64,000 nucleotides of DNA from Nitrospirota bacterium (GTDB lineage: Bacteria > Nitrospirota > UBA9217). A program made the translations under genes and the position numbers. The stretch's first letter is position 1. Each line of letters opens with the position of its first letter. The notes beneath the pieces were generated by a model, which worked only from the letters and a program-made list of their open reading frames with translations, was not told where the DNA came from and did no database searches. The DNA lies in the NCBI GenBank assembly GCA_963751455.1, contig CAVVUN010000001.1, forward strand, positions 576,001 to 640,000, read 5' to 3'. This document shows, in pieces, positions 38,086-47,582 of this stretch.

Positions 38086-38808
38086 ATGATTGAGTTGAAG
38101 AATGCCAGCAAAAAATACCAGCAGGGAGCACGGGAAGTTCATGCGTTACGGGATATATCTCTCTTTATCAAGAAAGGCGAGTTCCTCTCCATCATGGGGC
38201 CGAGCGGTTCAGGCAAGAGCACGCTCCTGAATTTGATCGGCGGCCTCGATCAGCCCACATCCGGCCAAATATTTATCGACGACAAGCCGCTCCACGGCAT
38301 TTCGGACAACGAGCTGACGCTGATCCGCCGGAAGCGCGTCGGGTTCATCTTCCAGTTCTTCAACCTTCTCCCGGTCCTGACCGCGATCGAAAACGTGAGC
38401 CTTCCCCTGCTGCTCGGAGGCATCTCCCTCTCTGAGATCAAACCGAAGGCGGTTGCCCTGCTGGAGCAAGTAGGACTTGGCGCCAGAGGAGAGCATCGCC
38501 CTGAACAGCTCTCCGGAGGTGAAATGCAACGGGTCGCCATTGCCCGCGCGCTTGTCACCAACCCGGCTGTTCTCCTTGCTGATGAGCCGACCGGAAACCT
38601 CGATTCCCATACCAGTGAGGAAATATTCATGCTCCTCAAGTCCCTGAACGAACAGGGACAGACTATTGTGATGGTAACGCACGATCCCAAGGCCGCTGCC
38701 TATGGTTCGCGTATCATTACACTGAAAGACGGCGCCCTTTCGGAAGATATATCCATCGGAGGATCCCAGCATGACTCTTGTCAATCTGCTCCGTTATATC
38801 AGTCTTAA
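38086..38808 (+). CDS. LolD/MacB-type ABC ATPase (close paralog of 20696)
   Basis: Walker A/B and signature motifs; long peptide stretches identical to 20696..21379. Confidence 0.92.
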   Translation: MIELKNASKKYQQGAREVHALRDISLFIKKGEFLSIMGPSGSGKSTLLNLIGGLDQPTSGQIFIDDKPLHGISDNELTLIRRKRVGFIFQFFNLLPVLTAIENVSLPLLLGGISLSEIKPKAVALLEQVGLGARGEHRPEQLSGGEMQRVAIARALVTNPAVLLADEPTGNLDSHTSEEIFMLLKSLNEQGQTIVMVTHDPKAAAYGSRIITLKDGALSEDISIGGSQHDSCQSAPLYQS

Positions 38809-41368
38809 GCGCCTGAAACTGCACAAAGCCCAGACCTTCATGTCCGTGTGCGGCATCGCGCTCGGCGTTTCCACCATCGTGTCCATCGGGATCGTGAGCG
38901 AGAGTGTCGTCCGCTCCTTCGAGGAATCGATCACAAAAATCGGAGGAAAGGCTGCCCTGCAGGTCCTCGGCCCCGAGTCGGGTTTTCCCGAGGAGATGCT
39001 GGACCGCGTCCAAACGGTCGCCGGCGTGGAGCATGCCGTTCCTGTCATCGAAGCAGAAGCACCTTTCGCAAATGCGAAAGAGCGCGCCCTCACGGTCCTG
39101 GGTGTGGATGTGCTTCAGGACAGCCACATGCGGGAGTACAGCGTCTCCGATGAAAGTGCAGATATCCCCGATCCCCTTCTGTTCCTGGCAAGACCCGACT
39201 CTCTGCTCATCACCCGGGAAATAGCGAAGCGCGAAGGTTTCCACATCGACCAGACAATAACATTATCGACCGTGCAGGGTCCGCGAACCCTTCGGATACG
39301 CGGTCTGATGAACCCTGAAGGACCGGCAAAGGCCCTTGCCGGCAACATCGCGATCATGGACCTCTATGCAGCGCAGCTTGCCTTCGGCAAGGAGGGACGC
39401 ATCGACCGCATCGATGTCAGCCTTGTCCGGGGAGAACAGGTGGAAGCGGTCCGTCAGCGCATCATTGCCGCGCTTCCCGAGGGATATACTGTCGAAACAG
39501 CTGCAGGCCGGACCAGGCAGTTCGATGTCGTGGTATCCAATTTCAGCAAGTTCATCAGCACCCTCGGCCTCGCGGCCCTTGTGGCCGGCATGTATCTTAT
39601 TTTCAACGCGGTATCGATCGCCGTGGTGCAGCGGAGGAAAGAGATCGGCATTCTGCGCGCCATGGGCGCCGGCCGCGGACTGATCACGAAACTCTTCCTG
39701 TCCGAGACCATGGTGATCGCACTGGTCGGCTCTTTCCTCGGTGTCTGCGCGGGAATATTTTTCGCCTGGGCATCTCTGAAACCGTTCAGCCGGAGCATGG
39801 AGCAGCTGTACCAATATACCTATGCCGGGTCGACGACGCTCAGTTACTCATGGCGCTATCCGCTGGCCGGGATCGTTATCGGGTTTGTTTCCGCCCTTCT
39901 CGCCTCCTTTTTCCCGGCTCGTTCCGCGGCCCGGATCGCGCCGATCTCCGCAATCCGTTCCCTGCCGCAGTCTGATGACGACCGGTCCGCAAGTTCCAGG
40001 GCGCTCATCGTTTCATTGTGCTGTCTTGCTCTCGCCGGCGTCATGGTCATCCTGTTCACCGTTCTGCACGCCCCGGGCAGGAACATCATATTCACGATCG
40101 TTTTCTGCGCGGAGTTGCTGCTCCTGCTCGGCCTTTCCCTGGCAATGCCGTCCGTTCTGCGCGTCTTCATGAGAGTGTTCCATCGCTTCGCGTCTCCGCG
40201 TCTCGGCGCCACGACCCGTCTTGCCGGGCTGAACATCCGGAAGAACATCGGACGGAACGCCGTGGCATCGGGAGCGGTCCTTCTCGGGCTTTCGCTCTTC
40301 ATCGCCATATCGAACATCATAGTTTCCCTGGAGTATACCATCGTCAACTGGATAAACGTCCAGACGTCATGCGACCTTCTTGTGACCATGGGCCATTCGA
40401 TCACCGGTATGTCGATGCGAAGCAAACCCATGCCCTCGGAGGTGAGGAAGGATATCGACAGCATACCCGGCGTGGCGCTCACTGACGTGTACCGAAGGAT
40501 ATTCATTCCCTTCAGGGACTCGCGGATCTTGCTGGAAAGTGTGGATGTGAGGAAAAGATTGGAGTACGCTTCCTTCATCGTGCTCCAAGGAGATCAAAAG
40601 CGCATCACGGACCTGCTGCCCGGCCAAAACAATGTGATCGTGAGCGAATGTCTGGCCGCCCGCCATGGCATGAGGCCCGGCGATGTCATATCTCTGCTGA
40701 CACCGGCCGGACCGGTGTCCTTCGGAATTGCGGCCGTTATCGCCGACTACAGCTATGACCAGGGCTCCGTGCTTATGGACACCAACACGTATAAACGCCT
40801 CTGGAATGACCGTTTGTCGGACGGGATCGCCGTAAAGATATCCGATAAGGATCAACTCCAGTCGATCCGGGCGGCCATCGTTGCCAAGCTGCAAGCGAGA
40901 GGCGATGTCTACGTGATCACCCTGGACGAATGGAACCGTGAAGTTCGATCCAGCATGGACCGGATCTACTCAAGCTTTCATGCGCTGAACGTGATGACGC
41001 TGTCCATCGCCTGCATCGGCATCATCATTACGCTCGTTGCATCGGTGCTTGAACGGACCAGGGAGATCGGGATCCTGCGCTCTCTCGGAGCCGTGAAACG
41101 CCAAATAAGCCGGATCGTGGTCATGGAATCAATGATCCTGGGTCTTGTGGGAGGTTTCGTGGGCATCGCAGGAGGCGTACTCCTCGGCTGGATGGCGGTC
41201 TACGGCATGGTGCGCGGCGAATCAGGCATGACCGTGCAATACATGATCGATTACCGGGCATTCCTCTGGGCAATCGTATTGTCCGGCGGGCTTTCGGCCC
41301 TGGCCGGGTTCTATCCGGCCCGGCGCGCGGCCAAGACGAATATTGTCGAAGCGTTGGCGTATGAATAA
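38771..41368 (+). CDS. FtsX/MacB-type permease, paralog 2
   Basis: Same architecture and terminal motifs as 21505. Confidence 0.9.
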   Translation: MTLVNLLRYISLKRLKLHKAQTFMSVCGIALGVSTIVSIGIVSESVVRSFEESITKIGGKAALQVLGPESGFPEEMLDRVQTVAGVEHAVPVIEAEAPFANAKERALTVLGVDVLQDSHMREYSVSDESADIPDPLLFLARPDSLLITREIAKREGFHIDQTITLSTVQGPRTLRIRGLMNPEGPAKALAGNIAIMDLYAAQLAFGKEGRIDRIDVSLVRGEQVEAVRQRIIAALPEGYTVETAAGRTRQFDVVVSNFSKFISTLGLAALVAGMYLIFNAVSIAVVQRRKEIGILRAMGAGRGLITKLFLSETMVIALVGSFLGVCAGIFFAWASLKPFSRSMEQLYQYTYAGSTTLSYSWRYPLAGIVIGFVSALLASFFPARSAARIAPISAIRSLPQSDDDRSASSRALIVSLCCLALAGVMVILFTVLHAPGRNIIFTIVFCAELLLLLGLSLAMPSVLRVFMRVFHRFASPRLGATTRLAGLNIRKNIGRNAVASGAVLLGLSLFIAISNIIVSLEYTIVNWINVQTSCDLLVTMGHSITGMSMRSKPMPSEVRKDIDSIPGVALTDVYRRIFIPFRDSRILLESVDVRKRLEYASFIVLQGDQKRITDLLPGQNNVIVSECLAARHGMRPGDVISLLTPAGPVSFGIAAVIADYSYDQGSVLMDTNTYKRLWNDRLSDGIAVKISDKDQLQSIRAAIVAKLQARGDVYVITLDEWNREVRSSMDRIYSSFHALNVMTLSIACIGIIITLVASVLERTREIGILRSLGAVKRQISRIVVMESMILGLVGGFVGIAGGVLLGWMAVYGMVRGESGMTVQYMIDYRAFLWAIVLSGGLSALAGFYPARRAAKTNIVEALAYE

Positions 41369-41400
41369 ATTTACCAGCAGATTGGACGTACGAGGTTTAC

Positions 41401-43998
41401 ATGAATCTTATCAACCTGCTCCGCTATATCAGTCTTAAACGCCTGAAACTGCACAAAGCCCAGACCTTCATGGCGATCTGCGGCATTTCCCTCGGCGTAT
41501 CCGCAATCGTTTCCATCGGGATCGTGAGTACCAGCGTTGTCCGCTCTTTTGAGGATGCGATCACGTCGATTGCCGGAAGGGCAAGCCTCCAGATAACGGG
41601 GGGGCAGTCGGGGTTTCCGGAAGCAATGCTCGAACGTGTACAGGCAGTTCCGGGCGTGGAATACGCTGTTCCCGTGATCGAGACCACGGCCAACCTTATC
41701 GGCGGCAAGAACCGATCGATCATGATCATTGGCGTGGATATGCTGCAGGATCACCAGATCCGGGACTACCGCGTCACGGATGACAACACCGAGATCCCGG
41801 ATCCCCTGATGTTCCTCGCAAAGCCTGACTCCATTCTGGTCAGCCGCGGCATGGCGGGTTTGAACAATATCGGTATGGACAAAACCATGGAGATCGAGAC
41901 GGTTCACGGAATCCGCTCACTTACCGTGCGGGGCCTCCTTGAGCCTGTCGGCCCGGCAAAAACCATGTCAGACAGCCTCGCAGTCATGGACATTTTCGCG
42001 GCCCAGATGGCATTCGGCAAGGAAGGACGCATCGACCGGATCGATGTCAGCATTCTGCGCAACGAAGACACGAATGCGGTCCGGAAACGGATACAGGCCG
42101 TGCTTCCCGAAGGCTACACTGTCGAATCGCCCGCTGTCCGTTCCAGCCAGATCGAAGCAACCATTTCCAATCTCAAGAGAAATATCAGCAGCATGGGCTT
42201 CGTCGCCATGTGCATGGGCATGTATCTCATCTATAACGCAGTTTCTATAACGGTCGTGCACCGGAGAAAAGAAATCGGCATCCTGCGGGCACTGGGAGCG
42301 ACCCGTGGACGGATCGTGAATCTATTCCTGATAGAAACCCTTATCCTGTCCGTTATCGGATCCGCGCTCGGCATCGGGTTCGGCATCCTCCTCGCTCACG
42401 GGTCGATGGAAGCGTTCGGACAGAACATCGCGGTTGCATATCAACTGAACAATCCGACCTCTGCTCCGCTCATTATCACTCCGGAGCACATTGTTACCGG
42501 GTTCATACTCGGCATACTGACCGGTATCCTGGCCGCACTGTTCCCTGCGTTTGCGGGCGCCCGGGTAACGCCGGTATCGGCCATCCGCTCGCTGCCTTTT
42601 TCCGAGGAGGAATTCATTTCAAAAAGAAAACTCCTCTTCCTGTCCTTCCTGCTGCTGTCAATAACCGCGGTGATGCTGCTCCTCTATGGTGCAATCAAAT
42701 TGAAGTCACCTGGATCCATTGCACTTTTTATCATGACCTCTGAATTTACCCTGATCTTCGGAGTGACCTTTGCCATCCCCTCGGTGCTCCGGAATTTCAT
42801 TTCACTGTTTCAGCGATTCATTGCTCCGCGATTGGGGGCGGTGAGCAGTCTCGCGGGACTGAATATCCGCAAGAACGTCAACCGGAATGCCGTTGCCGCG
42901 GGCGCGGTGTTTCTCGCCATAGGGCTTTTTATCTCCGTTTCGAGCATCGTCTTCTCAGTGCGCTGCTCCGTGATGCACTGGCTCGAAACAACGGCGAACA
43001 GCGATCTATTCGTTACCTCGGGCCACGCCTTCTCGGGCAGCGCCGGAAAGCACGTCCCCATGCCGCTTACAATGAGGAACGAGTTCGAGCAGATAGAAGG
43101 AGTGCGGTTCACTGACATGTACCGGCAGGTATTCATCCCCTTCAAGGATTCCCGCATTCTTCTTGAAAGCGTTGACGTGCGGCGCAGGCTGCAATACAGC
43201 TCCTTTATGGCGACAAAAGGCGATGCCGCCGACATAGGCAGGCTTCTGCCGGGCCGGGATAATATCGTTGTGAGCGAAAACCTCGCAGTCCGCCTCCGTA
43301 TCAAACCCGGTGATTCACTTGTCCTTACCACTCCCCAGGGTCCCGTCAGTTTCGGCGTGACAGCGGTCGTCGTGGATTACGGCTATGAATTCGGCGCTGT
43401 GCTTATGGACAATCTGACATACCAGAAGCACTGGCACGACGGACTGGCCGACATCATCACCGTGCTCGTGAAAGAGAAGCGTGATATTGACCTGGTCCGT
43501 GACGCTATTCAAAAACAACAAGGGAAACAGAAGCGGTTGTTTATCTTTTCGATGGAAGAATACAAGAAAGAAGGCCAAAAGCTGCTGGATCAGATATACG
43601 GCATTTTCCACGCAATGGACATTCTCACCCTCTCCATCGCCTGTATCGGCATCATTATCACCCTGCTCGCGTCGATACTTGAGCGGAGGCGCGAAATCGG
43701 CATCATCCGCTCGATCGGTGCATATAAGGGGCAGGTCTCGAGGGTCGTCGTACTCGAATCCGTGCTGCTGGGCTTTACAGGATGCCTCCTCGGCATTATG
43801 TGCGGCAGTGTACTGGGCTGGATGGGCGTAGACGGTTTTATAAACGGCGAGGCCGGGATGACCGTGCCGTACCGCATCGACTACGCCGCGATTCTCAAGG
43901 CAAGCGTACTCACGCTCGTCTTTTCAACCCTGGCCGGGCTTTATCCAGCGAGACAGGCGGCAAAGACCAATATCGTCGAGGCCCTGGCATACGAATGA
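41401..43998 (+). CDS. FtsX/MacB-type permease, paralog 3
   Basis: Same architecture; first ~70 nt nearly identical to paralog 2. Confidence 0.9.
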   Translation: MNLINLLRYISLKRLKLHKAQTFMAICGISLGVSAIVSIGIVSTSVVRSFEDAITSIAGRASLQITGGQSGFPEAMLERVQAVPGVEYAVPVIETTANLIGGKNRSIMIIGVDMLQDHQIRDYRVTDDNTEIPDPLMFLAKPDSILVSRGMAGLNNIGMDKTMEIETVHGIRSLTVRGLLEPVGPAKTMSDSLAVMDIFAAQMAFGKEGRIDRIDVSILRNEDTNAVRKRIQAVLPEGYTVESPAVRSSQIEATISNLKRNISSMGFVAMCMGMYLIYNAVSITVVHRRKEIGILRALGATRGRIVNLFLIETLILSVIGSALGIGFGILLAHGSMEAFGQNIAVAYQLNNPTSAPLIITPEHIVTGFILGILTGILAALFPAFAGARVTPVSAIRSLPFSEEEFISKRKLLFLSFLLLSITAVMLLLYGAIKLKSPGSIALFIMTSEFTLIFGVTFAIPSVLRNFISLFQRFIAPRLGAVSSLAGLNIRKNVNRNAVAAGAVFLAIGLFISVSSIVFSVRCSVMHWLETTANSDLFVTSGHAFSGSAGKHVPMPLTMRNEFEQIEGVRFTDMYRQVFIPFKDSRILLESVDVRRRLQYSSFMATKGDAADIGRLLPGRDNIVVSENLAVRLRIKPGDSLVLTTPQGPVSFGVTAVVVDYGYEFGAVLMDNLTYQKHWHDGLADIITVLVKEKRDIDLVRDAIQKQQGKQKRLFIFSMEEYKKEGQKLLDQIYGIFHAMDILTLSIACIGIIITLLASILERRREIGIIRSIGAYKGQVSRVVVLESVLLGFTGCLLGIMCGSVLGWMGVDGFINGEAGMTVPYRIDYAAILKASVLTLVFSTLAGLYPARQAAKTNIVEALAYE

Positions 43999-44062
43999 CA
44001 AACTGAAATATGGTTATTGAACGAAGACGCTGTCAAACCTCTACCTGCGTGTAGGAGATCCT

Positions 44063-46654
44063 ATGACCCTCACCAACCTGCTTCGCCACATCAGCCTCAA
44101 GCACGTCAAGCACCAGAAGACCCGGACGTTCATGGGCATCCTCGGCATCACACTAGGTGTTGCGTCGATGGTCTCGATCGACATCGTCAACAATAGCGTG
44201 CTCTTTTCATTCGAGGATTCGATTAACCGCATAACAGGCCGTGCGGCCCTTGAAATTACAGGAGCGGAGACCGGATTCCCGGAACAGGTGCTCGATCGCG
44301 TTCAGAATATTGCGGGAGTCGAGTTTGCCGTGCCGGTTATAGAAACGACGGCCCGTCTCGCCGACGGAAAAGAACGCCCCCTCCTCATCCTGGGCGTCGA
44401 TGCTCTCCAGGACCACCAGGTTCGCAGTTACAGCCTTCGGGACGAAAGCGCCGATATCCCCGACCCCCTTCTCTTTCTGGCAAAACCGGATTCCATCCTT
44501 TTGACCTCGGCAATGGCGGAACAGGAAGGGGTGAAACTGGACCAGCAGATCCGCCTGCAAACTGTTCAGGGAATAAAAACGTTGACGGTCCGCGGCCTGC
44601 TGAATCCCGAAGGGCTTGCCAAGGCAGCGGGGGGCGATATCGCTGTTATGGACGTCTATGCCGCCCAGCTCGCCTTCGGCAAAAAAGGCAAGTTCGACAG
44701 GATCGACGTCAGCTTCCTTGCCGGCGAGACCTTCGATGTCATGAAGGAACGCATACAAGCCGTGCTAACTGAAGGCTACCGCGTTGACACGCCCGCAGTC
44801 CGGACAAAACAGGTAGAGATCATGACGGCCAGATTTAGAAAAAGCATAAGCCTGGTAAGTCTCCTCGCCGTCTTCGTCGGCATGTATCTCATTTATAATG
44901 CCGTATCCATTACCGTGGTCCAGCGGAGACGCGAGATAGGCATTCTCCGCGCCTTGGGCGCCACCCGCAGACAGATCATCGGTCTTTTTCTCGGAGAAGC
45001 GTTTGCCGTGTCCGCTGTCGGGTCCCTTTTGGGAATCGGACTCGGTTTCCTCTTCGCTAAATTGTCCGTGGGAGCGGTCGCCCAGAACATCAGCGATCTG
45101 TACATGCGGGCGTCGGTTACCGATCTGAACATGTCCTCAAGAGACTTGCTCGTCGATGCCGGAATCGGCATTCTTGCAAGCATGATTGCGGCTGTTTTTC
45201 CCTCGCGGACCGCCGCGCGGATCACGCCCATCTCGGCTATACGGACCTTGCCCTATAGCGGCGACGGAGCGTTTTTCGGCAAAACGATAAAGATCGTCTC
45301 GGGGCTCTGCGTTCTTCTATCGGCAATAGTCCTCGTGCTGTACTATGCGTCAGACCTTACCTCACCGATAAGGAATACCACGACGATGTTCCTATCGATG
45401 GTCCTGCTCCTGCTCGGAGTATCACTCGCAACTCCCCTGTTCCTTCGATATTTTCTCTCATTCGTTCATCGGTTTCTGACATCGATACCCGGCGGTGCGG
45501 GCAGACTTGCGGGTCTGAACCTTCAAAAAAACATCGTGAGAAATTCGGTGGCCGTAGCCGCTATCTTTTACAGCATCGCCCTGGCCATCAGCACCGCTAG
45601 CCTGGTCTACAGCACCCGCGCGTCGCTGATGGACTATGTTGATTCCATCATTCGCGCCGATCTTCTCGTGAGTTCCGGTCATCCTCTTGCCACGGGCGGG
45701 ATGCCGAACATTCCCATGCCGGGCGAAATGAAAAAAGATCTGGAAAAAGTCCCCGGCGTACGCTTCGTGGACACGTTTCGGAAAACATATCTGAATTACC
45801 AGGACCGCCAAATTCTTCTGGAGATCGTCGACTTTGCCCTCAGAATGGAATACTGCCCGTTGCTGATCGTCGAGGGCAACAGGGAGAAGATACGCCGTCT
45901 GTTGCCGAATCAGGATTACATCACGGTGAACGAACATTTTGCAAAACAGTTTCGGACGAAACCCGGCGATGTCATTGTACTCCCGACCCCGGATGGACCG
46001 AAGCGGTTCGGTGTTGCGGCGATCGTTGTCTCCTATTCCGGCGACGCAGGAATCGTATGGATTGACAATGCCACGTACCAGCGCCACTGGAAAGACAGCC
46101 TTATCGATACATTCGAGGTGGTTGTGAAACCTGGAACGGATATATCGGCGCTCCGACAGGCCATCCTGGACCGTTTTGGGAAGGAACGAAAGCTTTTTGT
46201 GCTGCCTGTTCCCGAAGCAAAAGCGGAAATCGAGAAAATGCTCGACCAGATGTTCGTCATGAACAACGCCGTGAATATTATCACGCTGATAATCGCCGGC
46301 ATCGGCGTTATCGTGACACTCCTGGCATCGGTCCTTGAACGAACGAGAGAGATCGGCATTCTTCGCTCCATCGGCATGAAAAAGAGCCAGGTCTCCGGCC
46401 TCGTGCTGCTCGAATCGATGATGCTCGGCGCTGCCGGTGGAGTTCTCGGCACCGCAACCGGCGCGCTGATCGGCTGGATCAGTCTTGAGGGTTTCATGCG
46501 CGTTGACTTCGGCGGGAACATACAATATCATATCCATTACCCATCAGTTGCATGGGCAATGGCGCTCGCAATCGGGCTAGCGGCGCTGGCCGGGCTCTAT
46601 CCGGCTTGGCGGGCGGCAAAAACCAATATCACGGAGGCGCTGTCGTATGAATAA
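44063..46654 (+). CDS. FtsX/MacB-type permease, paralog 4
   Basis: Same architecture; SSGHPLA, FGKERKLF shared with paralog 1. Confidence 0.9.
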   Translation: MTLTNLLRHISLKHVKHQKTRTFMGILGITLGVASMVSIDIVNNSVLFSFEDSINRITGRAALEITGAETGFPEQVLDRVQNIAGVEFAVPVIETTARLADGKERPLLILGVDALQDHQVRSYSLRDESADIPDPLLFLAKPDSILLTSAMAEQEGVKLDQQIRLQTVQGIKTLTVRGLLNPEGLAKAAGGDIAVMDVYAAQLAFGKKGKFDRIDVSFLAGETFDVMKERIQAVLTEGYRVDTPAVRTKQVEIMTARFRKSISLVSLLAVFVGMYLIYNAVSITVVQRRREIGILRALGATRRQIIGLFLGEAFAVSAVGSLLGIGLGFLFAKLSVGAVAQNISDLYMRASVTDLNMSSRDLLVDAGIGILASMIAAVFPSRTAARITPISAIRTLPYSGDGAFFGKTIKIVSGLCVLLSAIVLVLYYASDLTSPIRNTTTMFLSMVLLLLGVSLATPLFLRYFLSFVHRFLTSIPGGAGRLAGLNLQKNIVRNSVAVAAIFYSIALAISTASLVYSTRASLMDYVDSIIRADLLVSSGHPLATGGMPNIPMPGEMKKDLEKVPGVRFVDTFRKTYLNYQDRQILLEIVDFALRMEYCPLLIVEGNREKIRRLLPNQDYITVNEHFAKQFRTKPGDVIVLPTPDGPKRFGVAAIVVSYSGDAGIVWIDNATYQRHWKDSLIDTFEVVVKPGTDISALRQAILDRFGKERKLFVLPVPEAKAEIEKMLDQMFVMNNAVNIITLIIAGIGVIVTLLASVLERTREIGILRSIGMKKSQVSGLVLLESMMLGAAGGVLGTATGALIGWISLEGFMRVDFGGNIQYHIHYPSVAWAMALAIGLAALAGLYPAWRAAKTNITEALSYE

Positions 46655-47579
46655 GGAAACTGTAGTGCGAAGTGCGACCCCACCCAGCCTCCCCTTGCTA
46701 AGGGGAGGTGTGGAGAGGCGCGGAGAGCGGACCAGGTATAGGCTCGTCATTGCGAGGAGCAGCGCGACGAAGCAATCTCATCGTTTTCTAAAAACAAGAT
46801 TCCTCGCTGCGCTCGGAATGACAGCTATTATGCTTTTCTTAAATTATGTTTTACCGTCTGCTGCTCACGCGATCTCGGGTCGTGAAGTCTATGAAAAAGT
46901 CCACGAGGTGAGCTTGAAGGCACTGGACCATAAGATCGAAATGACGATGGTCCTGTTCGACAAGGGCGGCGGCAAACGCAGCCGCTCGCTTACGTCCTAC
47001 AGCAAAAAAGCCGACCCCGAAGCGTATAAGGCGCTCGCTGTCTTCAAGAGCCCTCCGGACCTGAAAAACGTCGGGTTCCTGGTTCATGCGCACACGTTTT
47101 CCAATCGCGAGCTCTGGGCCTACTTTCCCGAATACAAACGTGTTCGGCGCATCGCAACGACTTCGCAGGACGATTCGTTCTTCGGGTCCGATCTTTCGTA
47201 CGATGATTTCACCGGCCCGCCGAATCTGGACGATTTCAAGTTCAGCATTCTTAGAGAAGAGGAGCTGGACGGAAAGCCGTGCTACGTCGTCGAAGTGACG
47301 CCCAAGGTTCGCAGGAAATATAGTAAATATATTGCGTGGGTGGCAAAGGACCTTTGGATTCAGCTCAAAATCGATTATTACCAGGACAAGGACATCTACC
47401 GCTCGGGTGTATTCAAGGATGTCAGAGTCATAGACCGGATCCCCACGCCGTTCCAGAGTGAAATGGAGAATAAAAAGACCGGACACAAGACGGAGCTTAC
47501 GCTCGAAAACGTACAGTACAATACACATTTTCCTGATGATCTGTTCACCCAGCGGTCGCTGGAGAGGGCAGGAAAGTAA
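46647..47579 (+). CDS. LolA-like outer-membrane lipoprotein-sorting protein
   Basis: F.SPPD...W.Y.P..KRVRRI...SFFGSDLSYDD...DDLFT; true start uncertain. Confidence 0.85.
   Translation: MNKETVVRSATPPSLPLLRGGVERRGERTRYRLVIARSSATKQSHRFLKTRFLAALGMTAIMLFLNYVLPSAAHAISGREVYEKVHEVSLKALDHKIEMTMVLFDKGGGKRSRSLTSYSKKADPEAYKALAVFKSPPDLKNVGFLVHAHTFSNRELWAYFPEYKRVRRIATTSQDDSFFGSDLSYDDFTGPPNLDDFKFSILREEELDGKPCYVVEVTPKVRRKYSKYIAWVAKDLWIQLKIDYYQDKDIYRSGVFKDVRVIDRIPTPFQSEMENKKTGHKTELTLENVQYNTHFPDDLFTQRSLERAGK
46746..46822. repeat. REP-like palindromic element GTCATTGCGAG...GGAATGAC inside the lolA-like 5' region
   Basis: Inverted ends; related half copy at ~36665-36700; second hairpin CCTCCCCTT-gct-AAGGGGAGG at 46688-46708. 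Confidence 0.7.
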
Positions 47580-47582
47580 CCA

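Noticed and set aside
45458-46537. Long antisense ORF (359 aa) and similar shadow ORFs throughout the window
   Set aside because: They lie opposite well-supported genes in GC-rich DNA and have no motifs
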